Notes under the pieces: model-generated
Database searches by the model: none
Told to the model about the DNA's origin: nothing
Seen by the model: only the letters and a program-made list of their open reading frames with translations
In this document: piece by piece, positions 49,428-61,460 of the stretch
Layout: each line of letters opens with the position of its first letter
Position numbering within the stretch: the first letter of the stretch is position 1
Origin: Selaginella moellendorffii
Lineage: Eukaryota; Plantae; Lycopodiophyta
DNA length: 64,000 nt
Assembly (NCBI RefSeq): GCF_000143415.4
Contig: NW_003314335.1
Coordinates: 117,982 to 181,981, forward strand
Direction of reading: 5' to 3'
Program-made: the position numbers and the translations under genes

Positions 49428-50272
49428 AGAGAAAACAGTTTGGTGACGAAGGTTTTGAATGGTTGATTAAAAGAGTATCAATGTGGGGACATATAGCTTT
49501 CTTCTTTTCTTTTTCTTTTGCTTGACGCCCTTTCTTTTTCTCTAGTTTTGATGATTTCAACGCAAATGATGACAAGTTCAACAATAGGCTGAAGAGCTGA
49601 AGAAAAATTCTTCGTGGCAGCAGCAGGGGCAACAGGAGGGAGAGTTTGAACAAAGAGAAAAAGTCTTCGGGAGGCTACCAAACTCCGAACTCGTGTTCAG
49701 ATGGTTTGATCTGTTTGGACTTTGAGTGTTTTGTTTTCTGCGGAATTTTCCTTCCGCGGACCGGGCATCTTGGCGTTGAAGTCAGTTGCTGCAAGTACGT
49801 AGAGATCATGTTCTTTCGCCATGCATAGCTCATGCACACACACACAAATTTGGCTTTGGGCGAGGCAAAGATGGTGAATTTGCACACAGACAAGTGTTAT
49901 AGTCGAGTGCGGGAGCAAGGTAAAGAAAGTGGGCGATTGCGAAAGTTGATGAACAAATTAAAAAAACGTACTTTGCAAATCAAAATAGCACACACACAAA
50001 AGAAAAAAACCACATGCTGTACAGTGAATCCATGGCGGTACCGTGCGGTCCTCACATCACAATCTAGAAACAACATCGTGTTTCATGTGGACGACGCGGG
50101 AAATCCTTACAAAATCCTGTGAATAAATTTTGGTAACCTCTGTCAACAGGCATAAATGCCAAGCCACATCACATTTTCGATATTTGTTTGTTTTAATCTA
50201 CAACCAGCTTTCACCACCTTTTCTTTGAATGGGTGTTCGCTTGTTGGATTTGCATCATGCGGGGCAACTCAC

Positions 50273-50353
50273 TCCACTCTGGCCAAGTTGGAATTTGAGA
50301 TCATCCCCACCACTCTGGCCAAGTTGGAATTTGAGATCATCCCCACCACTCTG
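50273..50353. repeat. 36-bp perfect tandem duplication
   Basis: ccactctggccaagttggaatttgagatcatcccca occurs twice. Confidence 0.92.
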
Positions 50354-50780
50354 GATGACGAAAACAAGCGCTACGTGTATCACGTAAGAACCCACTACGG
50401 GTTTCTATCAGACGTGGAGAAAGTTATGAAAGTGGCTGCAAAGAAATAAAGACCACAGAGATAAAACCTTGGACTTCTTCTCGCAACAAGTCAAGAAACC
50501 ATGAAGATCTTCTGTGAAAACGCTTTGGGTTCCTAAGCAAGAAATCGATCAAGCTATAAACAAGATTATTTGGTCAGGGAAACCAGAAAGAAAAAAGATG
50601 AGCTCGCCTGCCTGGTACTTGCCGCACACGGGATTTCTCTGGCCTGGCCTCTCAGGTGAATACTCCGCGGGCAGGCTTCCTAAAACTGAAATAGTATTAT
50701 TCTATAGCTGCAAACGCGTGAAAATAGCTCACCTCCTAGAGTAGTATACAAAACTGAGAATCGGATTTGCGTGTGCGTGC

Positions 50781-52196
50781 TCAGTCGACCCTGTAGAGGA
50801 CCACTTCCTGCTGCTTGAAGTAGCGTCTGTCTTCTTCGTCCACCAGAACGAGGTTGAGGAAGTACTTGACGCTGAACTTGTTGTTGATGTTTCGGTAAGT
50901 CGGGGTCAGCTCGTAGGGGCTCAGGAAGAGCCGAATGGGAATGGATTCACCTGAGGAAAAGCATTGTTAGATCTGAAAGGAGAGGGGACCAAAAGACTTG
51001 AAGTTCTCACCGCGGACAGGCGCTCCATCCATGATTTCGAACTTTGCAAGTGTTTCACTTTCGTTGTAAGCGTTGGCACCTGAGCCGGTCGACTCTCGCT
51101 TTCTAATCTCGATCTCCATATGCTTTATCTTGATGCGGACCAGAAGAAAGTAAATCTTCCCGACGATTACATCCTTTAAGTGGAATCTGGCACAGAAAAA
51201 GCACTCACGCTCAGTTGACACAAAGCATGTTTCCATGTATTCAAAACGCACTTGCTCTTATTGTACTCGAATTCGATATGCAAGCAATCCTCGATGCCGA
51301 CCTCCATCTACAAAGAGAAAAAGCTTTTTTCAAAAGAAAACTATCGATGTTTTCACCTTGATGCTGTTGTTCACGTCGGGGTGCGTTTGAAAGTTTCGAA
51401 CCTGGAAAAACGAATTGTAAGAGCGATGAAAATGTTTCTCCACAAGTATCAAGTTACCCAGAAATCCTTATATTCCACAATCTTAGGTACGTAGCTGCGA
51501 GTTATAGTCACCTTAAGAACATATCTAACAAAACAATCCATTACAAAAAATATCCAAGCCGTGAATTTCTACCTGAGCCTCACGTTGACACCATTGTACG
51601 AGTCATATTGCATTTCCACTGACGAAAACTCGAAAGGATAGATTTTCCTCTCGTGAATCACACCCGGAACATCGAGCTCCCTCACTGTAGAACACGAAAC
51701 GGAAGTATCAGATGACAATCTAGAGCAAAAAACAAACTCACACACCCAAGGAAGTGAAGTCGTAGAAATTCCCTCGGTCGAAGTAAAACTCTGGCAATCC
51801 ACATACCAAAATCAGCGAAACAAGAGAAACGCAAAAACTAACGCACCTATTTGGCCAAGAAGCTCAATTTTCACTCCTTGATGCTCGATCTTCCGGCCGG
51901 GAAGGGGATCGATACGCACCTAAACAGAAAAAAATATTACTAAAAATTGGGAAACAAGGATGATCCAACCGACCTCGCCAGTAACACTCTCCTGGCCCTG
52001 GAAAAGAGGCACCATCCCCATCTGGCCATTCTCCTTCTTGATGCTCGCCTGGAAAGACGAAAGATTGCTAAGCTAACCCCGCTAGGTCAAGAACGAGCAA
52101 AGGCACAGTCCAGACCTGCTTGCGCGACTCCATGTCGGAGAGATCGATCGAGATGACACACGGCTGACCAAAGGCTCCCGCGAAGAGGCTCTGCAT
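50781..52196 (-). CDS. VPS26: Retromer subunit VPS26, multi-exon, intact copy
   Basis: MQSLFAGAFGQPCVISI, DSYNGVNVRLR, MEVGIEDCLHIEFEYNK, GKIYFLLVRIKIK, FEIMDGAPVRGE, RRYFKQQEVVLYRVD*. Confidence 0.93.
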
Positions 52197-52415
52197 TGCT
52201 GCCGCCCTCTCGTGCCCTTGCTCTTTCGCGCTCTAGCTCACAGAAATAGAGAATATTCGAAGCATCTAGGGCTAATGTGCCTTTATCATGTACGTCCATG
52301 CCAGATCAGAACATTAAGGTTTGTCTTTCCCGGAAGAAGTACAGAGTTTCACTCTTTGATATATCTCGTCTCCGCCACCTCTGCGTGGAACGAATTTTCA
52401 ATATACGTTGTTATA

Positions 52416-53580
52416 TCACTTCCAAGATCGTGCCATTATAGCTAGACACTGTTGACAGTAGAAGATGACCTCATCAGACACTAGACACTGTTGACAGTAG
52501 AAGATGATGTCATCAAGTGGTTCATCGTCTGCAAACCCAGCACAATCCATATGGTACCATCCAACCTTACACTGCAAAAACCAAAGAATTAGTTCTAGCG
52601 ATTATAATGAAAACTTACCTCAGCATTGTCACAGAGAATCATTTTTCTCCCATCATCTCTCCCCTAGCAGTTGCAATAAAGCTTGTCATCGATCTCAGGG
52701 TTCACTGGCAACCTGTCAACAATGATCCTGTTCCTCTGGTACTCTTTGAAGAGGAGATCCATAATGTGCTTTTGGAGTTCATAAAGATCCCACTCCACGA
52801 GAAAGTCATGATTCGGCTCAACATTTGCAGACAACCAGCTTAACGGGAACTTCAAATGGAATTTGTCCCTATTATCCTTGGAGCACACCTTTGGACTAAA
52901 ATCAATGTCTTTGCGCCTTTTCCCAGCTTCTTTCCAGAAGCAGCTAAGTTTGACGTGTAGAGCATCCAAAGTTCTTTTCGACTTGATTTTAATCCCGATT
53001 GCTAGACGGCACCCAACCTGTTCCCATCCCTTAACTTCTGTTTTGAGTGTTTTCACATCCTCATTTTTGTACGCGACTTCAATGACACACCTTGGAAACT
53101 CTTCATTGTCAATACTTGAGAAGGAAGCATCTGGTTCTTTGTAACATCCATTTGCTAACTTAAAAGTGGTGTTGCCCTTAGTGCGAACTAATTTGTGGAA
53201 CCTTGGCACATCCTTTTCTGGAAAGTGAGTTGCAAAGAAGTTAGTTGCTTGTTCCACCACTTCAACAACAAACCACGAAGTTGTCACTTCATGCACTTCA
53301 GAAGGGTCACCGAAGAGATAAATTGTCCCAAACTCTCCTCCCTCAAGCTCGTAAAAGAATCCCAATCTCCAACAAGTCTCCATTGAAAGAGACCAGATCT
53401 CCCAGGTGTCACTAGACACATGACAAAGGGCCCATTGCCAATCCCTGACGCACTTACTTGTAAGTACCTTGCAACTGCGTGCTTGAATCCTTCATTCAAT
53501 CGCTTCAATTCCTGTTGTGCCTCCATCTTTTTGTTGTCTTCGAACTTGAAAAGCTGGACAATCCTAAGCTTTTCCTTCAA
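52416..53580 (-). pseudogene. Uma2-like PD-(D/E)xK endonuclease fused to ING-type PHD finger, copy 1 (disrupted)
   Basis: HE...KEPDASF...PRCVIEVAYKNE...W...LAIGIKI, then LYCNC*GRDDGRKMILCDNAE/intron/CKVGWYHMDC...FYCQQC. In-frame TAG in the PHD and a frameshift near 53420. Confidence 0.75.
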
Positions 53581-53619
53581 ACCCTAATGTGTTTTAATAT
53601 ACGATATTAAAATAATTTC

Positions 53620-54860
53620 AACGTGGGTCAACGGAGAAAAACAAACAGGAGGATCAGCCTACTCTTTTCGAATCTAATGCTTCGCAAAGCCCCTGATTTC
53701 TCTCCATCTTTTGGTCCCGGAAATGGTGGAGGTACACTTTCCCGATCAAGCGCCTGGAAGGCTGTGCAACAAGAACGAAAATCACATCAATCGCTCACGA
53801 ATGTATAAACAAAGCAAGAACGAACTTGCCTGTGCTGGAGAGCACCGCACCGCTATCAAAACTTGCCGTCCAGAAGAAAAACCCACGCATCTCTTTGCTC
53901 TTGAGAAACTCCACCTTCTTCTCGATCGATGCCTGGTTATCGAATCCCACCCACAAATCCCCAGCAAACGCGTACGCGCTGCTCGTCTCGCCATCGTCTA
54001 CCACTGTCGCGTTCTTCGACCGGATGAACTCCTGGATCTCGCTGTAGAACAAGACCCCCGTCTCGGCACTTCCACCCGGCATAGCCGGCCCGGGCCCCCG
54101 CGCAGCAGCACCGACGCCGTGATCCAGCGACGAGTTTGCCAGCAGCCACGATCGCCCAACGCGGCCAAGCCCATCACCGCCTTGTGAGGAGGAAGCCCGC
54201 CATCCAGCCACGATTGGATGCCATAGCTGGAGCTTAGATTTGACGAGAGATCTGTGAGAGCCGAGTGCTCGCCGGTGAGAGGTGGCTCCCAGGCCGTGGT
54301 AGTCGTAGCACATGATGTTCGCCCAGTCGAGTGTTCTAGCCATGGTTTGTACTGGGTACTCGTAGCGCATGCCCGGAATCGAAGGGTCCATGGCCATGGT
54401 GCTGTAGTACACCGCTGCAGTGAGTAGCAATCGGTTGCGATACGTCGACTGTGCCTCGAAGACGATTTCTTTGGCGGAGCTCGGAGAAGAGCGAAGCTAT
54501 GTTGGTCATATCGGCTGGCGAGTGAGGGAATTCCAAGTCCACGTCGATGCCATCAAACCTGGAAAGTGATCACACAAAGCTAGATCTATTCTTCCAAGAA
54601 CTCCGGAAGATAGTGTTAACTTACCCGTAACTTCATAATGCTACTCCGCACGAATTCGCCCCTGCTGGAGCCATCTGCGAGAAGAACGTCGTGTTGGCCC
54701 CGGCGCCACCTATCGAGAGGAGGGTCTTGACCAGGCTCGTACACTCTCGCGCGATATCGATGTTCTCCACCGGGATTTCCACCCGGAAAGTTGTGCTGTT
54801 GACACTCGCGAACGCGAAGCAGAGGTGTGTGTACACGTCTGTGCTGAGATCCGATGCTCT
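53620..54860 (-). pseudogene. GH18 class V chitinase pseudogene (5'-truncated, frameshifted)
   Basis: Near-identical to 57474-58752 with small deletions. DVDLEFP replaces DVDWEFP; the signal peptide region is missing. Confidence 0.88.
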
Positions 54861-54865
54861 TGACG

Positions 54866-56035
54866 ACTTGAAGTTCTCACCACGGACAGGCGCTCCATCC
54901 ATGATTTCGAACTTTGCAAGTGTTTCGCTTTTGTTGTAAGCGTTGGCACCTGAGCCGGTCGACTCGCACTTTCTAATCTCCATCTCCATATGCTTTATCT
55001 TGATGCGGACCAGAAGAAAGTAAATCTTCCCGACGATTACATCCTTTAAGTGGAATCTGGCACAGAAAAAGCACTCACGCTCAGTTGACACAAAGCATGT
55101 CTCCACGTATTCGAAACGCACTTGCTCTTACAGTATTCGAATTCGATATGCAAGCAATCCTCGATGCCGACCTCCATCTACAAAGAAAAAAAGCTTTTTT
55201 AAAAAGAAAACTATCGATGTTTTCACCTTGATACTGTTGTTAACGTCGGGGTGCACTAGAAGTTTTCGAACCTGGTAAAAACAAAGCGTAAGAGCGATGA
55301 ATGTTTCTCCACAAGTATCTCATTACCCAGTATTCCACAATCTTAGGTACGTAGCTGCGAGTTATAGTCACCTTAAGAACATATCTGGCAAAACAATCCA
55401 TTACAAAAAATATCCAAGCCGTGAATTTCTACCTGAGCCTCACGTTGACACCATTGTTACGAATCATATTGCATTTCCACTGACGAAAACTCAAAAGGAT
55501 AGATTTTCCTCTCGTGAATCCCGGAACATCGAGCTCCCTCACTGTTAAACACGAAACGGAAGTATCAGATGACAATCTAGAGCAAAAAACAAATTCACAC
55601 ACCCAAGGAAGTGAAGTCGTAGAAATTCCCTCGGTCGAAGTAAAACTCTGGCAATCCACAAACCAAAATCAGCGAAACAAGAGAAACGCAAAAACTAACG
55701 CACCTATTTGGCCAAGAAGCTCAATTTTCACTCCTTGATGCTCGATCTTCCGGCCAGGAAGAGGATCGATACGCACCTAAACAGAAAAAAAAATTACTAA
55801 AAATTGGGAAACAAGGATGATCCAACCGACCTCGCCAGTAACACTCTCCTGGCCCTGGAAAAGAGGCACCATCCCCATCTGGCCATTCTCCTTCTTGATG
55901 CTCGCCTGGGAAAGACGAAAGATTGCTAAGCTAACCCCGCTAGGTCAAGAACGAGCAAAGGCACAGTCCAGACCTGCTTGCGCGACTCCATGTCGGATCG
56001 AGATGACACACGGCTGACCAAATGCTCCCGCGAAT
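54866..56035 (-). pseudogene. VPS26-psi: VPS26 pseudogene (start region deleted, last exon missing)
   Basis: Colinear with 50995-52200 with indels; fused directly to the chitinase fragment at about 54862. Confidence 0.88.
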
Positions 56036-56174
56036 TGCTGCCGCCCAGAAATAGAGAATATTCGAAGCATCTAAGGCTAAGGTGTCTTTATAGGTTTGTC
56101 TTTCTAGGAAGAAGTATAGAGTTTCACTCTTTGATCATATCTCGTCTCTTTTCAGTGTATTTTTATGCTTTGTA

Positions 56175-57332
56175 TCACTTCCACACTATAGCTAGACACT
56201 GTTGACAATAGAAGATGACGTCATCAAGTGGTTCATCGTCTGCAAACCCAGCACAATCCAAATGGTACCATCCAACCTTACACTGCAAAAACCAAAGAAT
56301 TAGTTCTAGCGATTATAATGAAAACTTACCTCGGCATTGTCACAGTGAATCATTTTTCTCCCATCATCTCTCCCCTGGCAGCTACAATAAAGCTTGTCAT
56401 CGATCTCAGGGTTCACTGGCAATCCATCAACAATGATCTTGTTCCCCTGGTACTCTCTGAAGAGGGCAGTCATAATGTGCTTTTGGAGTTCGTAGAGATC
56501 CCACTCCACGAGAAAGTCATGCTTCGGCTCAACATTTGCAGACAACCAGCTTAACGGGAACTTCAAATGGAATTTGTCCCTGTTATCCTTGGAGCACACC
56601 TTTGGACTAAAATCAATGTCTTTGCGCCTTTTCCCAGCTTCTTTCCAGAAGCAGCTGAGTTTAACATATAAAGCATTTGAGGTTTTTTTTTACTCGATTT
56701 TAATCCTAATCGCCTGATGGCACCCAGTTTATTCCCATCCTTTAACTTCTTCTTTGAGCATTTCCACATCCTCATTTTTGTATGCGACCTCAATAACACA
56801 CCTTAAATACTCTGCATAGTCAATACTCGAAAAGAAAGCATTTGGTTCTTTGTGAGATTCATTTGCTAGCTTGAAAGTGGTGCTGCCTGCAACAAATACC
56901 AATTCACGGAACCTTGGCACATCCTTTGCTGGAAAGTGAGTCGCAAAGAAGTAGCTGCTTGTTCCGACACTTCTAGAACAAACCACGAAGCTGTTGCCTC
57001 ATGCAAACTGGAAGGGTCACCAAAGAGATAAACTGTCCCAAACTCTCCTCTGTCGAGCTCATAAAAGAATCCCAATCTCCAACAAGTCTCCAACAAGTCT
57101 CCATTGAAAGAGACCAGATCTCCCAAGAGTCGTAGGACACAGTCTCTGCGACAACAAAAGGCCCATGGCCAACCCCTGACACACTTACTTGTAGGTACCT
57201 TGCAACTGCATGTTTGAATCCTTCATTCAGTTGCTTCAATTCCTGTTTTGCTTCCATTTTCTTGTTGTCTTCGAACTTGAAGCCACTGAGAAGTTGGATA
57301 ATTTTCTTTTCTTCTACCTCTGAGCTTTTCAT
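56175..57332 (-). pseudogene. Uma2-like endonuclease + PHD finger, copy 2 (disrupted)
   Basis: Paralogue of copy 1. PHD is intact (LYCSCQGRDD), but there is an 11-bp tandem duplication at about 57080-57100, a 1-bp loss near 56950, a stop GWE* at 56729, and EPN for EPD. Confidence 0.75.
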
Positions 57333-57473
57333 CTTTTCTAGTGCACACACCACCGCGCAAGAACTCTTGAAACCCTAATGTGCCACCTTAACCCTAATCT
57401 CTGATGACGTGTCGCTACTAATGTGGCGTGTATACGTGTACGAATTAATATTGAGAATATCAACGCCATTCCG

Positions 57474-58986
57474 TCAACGGAGAAGATTGGGAAAAGCAAA
57501 CAGGAGGATCCACAAGACTAGCCTACACTTTTCGAATCTAATGCTTCGCAAAGCCCCTGATTTCTCTCCATCTTTTGGTCCTGGAAATGGTGGAGGTACA
57601 CTTTCCCGATCAAGCGTCTGGGAGGCTGTGCAACAAGAACGAAAATCACATCGAATGTATAAACAAAGCAAGAAAGAACTTGCCTGTGGTGGTGAGCACC
57701 GCGCCGCTATCAAAACTTGCCGTCCAGAAGAAAAACCCACGCATCTCTTTGCTCTTGAGAAACTCCACCTTCTTCTCGATCGATGCCTGGTTATCGAATC
57801 CCACCCACAAATCCCCAGCAAACGCGTACGCGCTGCTCGTCTCGCCATCGTCTACCACTGTCGCGTTCTTCGACCGGATGAACTCCTGGATCTCGCTGTA
57901 GAACAAGACCCCCGTCTCGGCACTTCCACCCGGCATAGCCGGCCCGGGCCCCCGCGCAGCAGCACCGACGCCGTGATCCAGCGACGAGTTTGCCAGCAGC
58001 CACGATCGCCCATACGCGGCCAAGCCCATCACCGCCTTGTGAGGAGGAAGCCCGCCATCCAGCCACGATTGGATGCCATAGCTGGAGCTTAGATTTGACG
58101 AGAGATCTGTGAGAGCCGAGTGCTCGCCGGTGAGAGATGGCTCCCAGGTGCCGTGGTAGTCGTAGCACATGATGTTCGCCCAGTCGAGTGTTCTAGCCAT
58201 GGTTTGTACTGGGTACTCGTAGCGCATGCCCGGAATCGAAGGGTCCCTGGCCATGTTGCTGTAGTACACCGCTGCAGTGAGTAACAGTCGGCTGGGATAC
58301 GTCGACTGCGCCTCGGAATCGATTTGTTGGCGGAGCTCGGAGAAGAGCGAAGCTATGTTGGTCATGTCGGCTGCCGAGTGAGGGAATTCCCAGTCCACGT
58401 CGATGCCATCAAACCTGGAAAGCGATCACACAAAGTCAGATCTATTGTTCCAAGAACTACGGAAGATAGTGTTAACTTACCCGTAAGTTCGTGCCAAGGC
58501 GATGCTACTCCGCACGAATTCGCCCCTGCTGGAAATGTTGCTCGCCATCTGCGAGAAGAACGTCGTGTTGGCCCCGGCGCCACCTATCGAGAGGAGGGTC
58601 TTGATGAGCGGATTCTTGCTCTTGGCCAGGCTCGTAAACTCTCGCGCGACATCCATCGTCTCCACCGGGATTTCCACCCGGAAAGTTGTGCTGTTGACGT
58701 TCGCGAACGCGAAGCAGAGGTGCGTGTACAAGTCTGTGCTGAGATCCGATGCTGGGAACATCTGCGAGGCGTAGGATGGCCAGTAACCAACCTTGACTTT
58801 GTCCCATTTCTCATCTCCGGGTGGTGAGCTCTGCGGTGCTTTCGCTGGTGCTCCTACGGGTCCTCCTACGGGTGCTACCGCGGGTGCTCTCGCAGGTGCT
58901 TGTTGAGCTTCCGCTAAACCGGGATCAAAACGGAAGAATGCGACGCTCAGAACTGCAAAACATATTACAAGCGAGTTGATCATCAT
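57474..58986 (-). CDS. GH18 class V chitinase with signal peptide, Ala/Pro-rich segment and hydrophobic C-terminus
   Basis: VGYWPS, YTHLCFAFA, LLSIGGAG, FDGIDVDWEFP (DxxDxDxE), NIMCYDYHG, GFFFW. Three exons. Confidence 0.92.
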
Positions 58987-59240
58987 CTTGATCCGCGTTT
59001 GGAAAGAATGGACAACAGAAAAGTCACACTTATGCTGTTTACCTCGTGTGGACCAGGATGAAGACGAACACAGGGGTTCCCGATGGCCTGCCGGTTAGTC
59101 ACAAGGAGACAATAACTAGGATCCAAATGACAACGCCGCAGCAACAGTAGGATGTTCTTAATAATAAATCGAAACTCAAAACAGTTGTTACTTGTCTGTA
59201 GCTGAAACAACAAATTGTCTTCCAATTTGGAGAGGAGACT

Positions 59241-61260
59241 TCAATCTTCTGTCAAAACTATTTGTACCTGTGACAAAGAACAGAAAAGCTTAGCTATCGC
59301 ACTGTGCTTGATTAAAGAACGCTCACCTTCTTTTTTCTGGCCATGGAATTTTTACTTTCAAGTTGAACGTCTTGAAGACCTTTCATAGGTCTGATCCGAG
59401 AGTAGCGCTTGAGTTTTAGAGTCTCAAACCACATCCCCCAGAAAGTCACTGACCATCCCTGGAAACAAACACAGACAAAAAGCTAAAGTCAAAAGAAAGA
59501 ACAGGCAAGAGAAAGAACAGACCTCGTCAAAGAGATCCACCACAGCTTCCAAGCACTTCTTCGTGATGTCGCTCGAGAAGGCCTTCATCGGTCCGGATAT
59601 GTGAAGAGTGCCGTCCTCCCTCACCTGCGAGTAAGGCTCCGTTATCTCGTCGCCCCTCAAGCACCAGAAGACGATCGCAAACGCCCTCTTCACCTTCGCG
59701 ATCACGGCGTTCTCAATGTCGGGCACGGACGCTCCGCGAGCAAAGGCAATGTCCTGCGCTGAGATCTGCCAGCGAAACGAGACCTGGGCCTCCACCATCA
59801 TCTCGTCTCTCGAGCACGCAACCAGGTCGGACGCAGTCGTCTTGCGGATCTTGAGCGACTCGAATCCAGCGAAAACTTCCACCTTGGATATGTCAATCAA
59901 ATGCCTACACGCATCTGTCACAAACGTAAGACTAGAAACTGGAAAGAACACACAGACGAACGAACCTGCCGGCGTAGAGCAAGTGTGGCTTGCGGTTGCA
60001 GTACTTGATGCCAACCTCGTCTTCTCTCACGGTGACCACTCGGTACGGCCCCAGCGCCACCTCTTTGTGAGAAGAATCCCGGTCATCGGCAGTGGTATAC
60101 GCAAAGGACGAGCAGGAAAGTACGTGAACTCCGGGTTCCAACACCTTGGCTTGTCCGTCAATCCATGCCACTCCAAGCTTTCCTTCCAGGATAGAAACTC
60201 TGTGGAGATAGCCGTGATGGAGGACTCTGGTGCTCTCCAACGCGAGCTCTTGGAGCGAGAACGAGGACGTCGCTGGAAAGGTGTAGGACTTGGACGTCAG
60301 CAGCAGGGGCTCGGTGTCGAGCCAGGCGAGGCCGATCATCCCCGGAGGAACGTGAACCGAGAGCTCGTCCGAGGAAGAGAGCTTGAAAGATCTTAATGGC
60401 GTAGCTCCAGATCTTCTACCACCGTTGCTCACACAGCAAGGGCCCGGGGTGGCGGGTGTAGCAGTAGTGGCAGCCAGTGACTCTCTCTTCGAGAACGAGG
60501 AAGAATGCTCTGGGTGGTGCTGCCGCAGTGGAGAAAGCGTGGATTTCTTCGCGCAGCAATTGGACGAGTTGGAATTCGTCGAGGCAGTGGTGTCTTGCGA
60601 CAGCTTCCGAGAGTGACCACCAGGACTTTTTGGAGATCCAGTGGAATGGTGGCAGCAATTCGCTGGCCTGTGACAGCACCCGCGGCAAGCCAGCCATCCA
60701 GACATTCTCGCCACCATCCTCCAGTTGTGGACGCCCTTCCTCACCACGTCGAGAACATCGCAGTGGCGATCAATGTCGTCGCAAGTCCCAATGAGCTGCC
60801 CCAAAATTCCATGGCCGTGGCGCGCAGACTCGGCCCTGGCGGGCAAAGATCTGTCCTCCCCCTCCTCCTTGCGCGAGGGCGAGCCATTGCTCGACGGAGA
60901 CGCAGATTTCTCCTCGCCGGAGCCTCGATCCGGCCCGGGACTGTCCCCGCTCGCTGCCTCCTCTTGCAAATTACATCCGGTTTCCACTAGTTCTACGATC
61001 TCCGAAATGGAGCTAGAGCTAGCCGAATCGACCTCCCAGCATTTCGTTACCTCCGGCATGGGGAGCTCCAGAACCTCTTGCTGCTGCGAATCTCCTCGAT
61101 CCACCACGTCGAAGCTGAAACCAGATCCGGCGCTGCAGAGACGCAGTGGCATCGGATGCAAATCCGCGCTCGGCGCGCAGGGAAACGAGAATGTAGGTGA
61201 TGCGTCGGACTCGGAGGAAGAATCTGGCAGCGCCTCCAGAGGATCTTCCTCGAGCGCCAT
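59241..61260 (-). CDS. Divergent SPFH/Band-7-like protein with long Ser-rich N-terminus
   Basis: Repeats GxAWxDxxxxxL and VTVREDEVGI...PHLLYAGRH, then SRDEMMVEAQVSFRWQI...DIENAVIAKVKRAF...GWSVTFWGMWFETL. Spliced to a TGA at 59241. Confidence 0.55.
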
Positions 61261-61460
61261 CGACGAAACGAAGAACCCTAAAATCTCACTATCCCGAGAT
61301 CGGTTGGTCAAAAGGCCTGACAGCAAGGCCATCGGTGTCTGGCCAGTGACACCGCGGCACATCAGCCTTTCCAGTCCGCCACGTCCCCAAAAGATTCATA
61401 GACCACGTGGCACCATCTGGGTTCCATTACCACGGCAAAAATCTCAGCCGTTGGCTCAAC

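Noticed and set aside
50156-50744. Short ORFs between 4CL and VPS26
   Set aside because: No recognisable domain; one is inflated by a 36-bp tandem duplication.
54633-55121. VPS26-chitinase fusion ORF as a functional new gene
   Set aside because: It reads through intron sequence, both parts are degraded and the upstream VPS26 start is deleted. Treated as a duplication junction.
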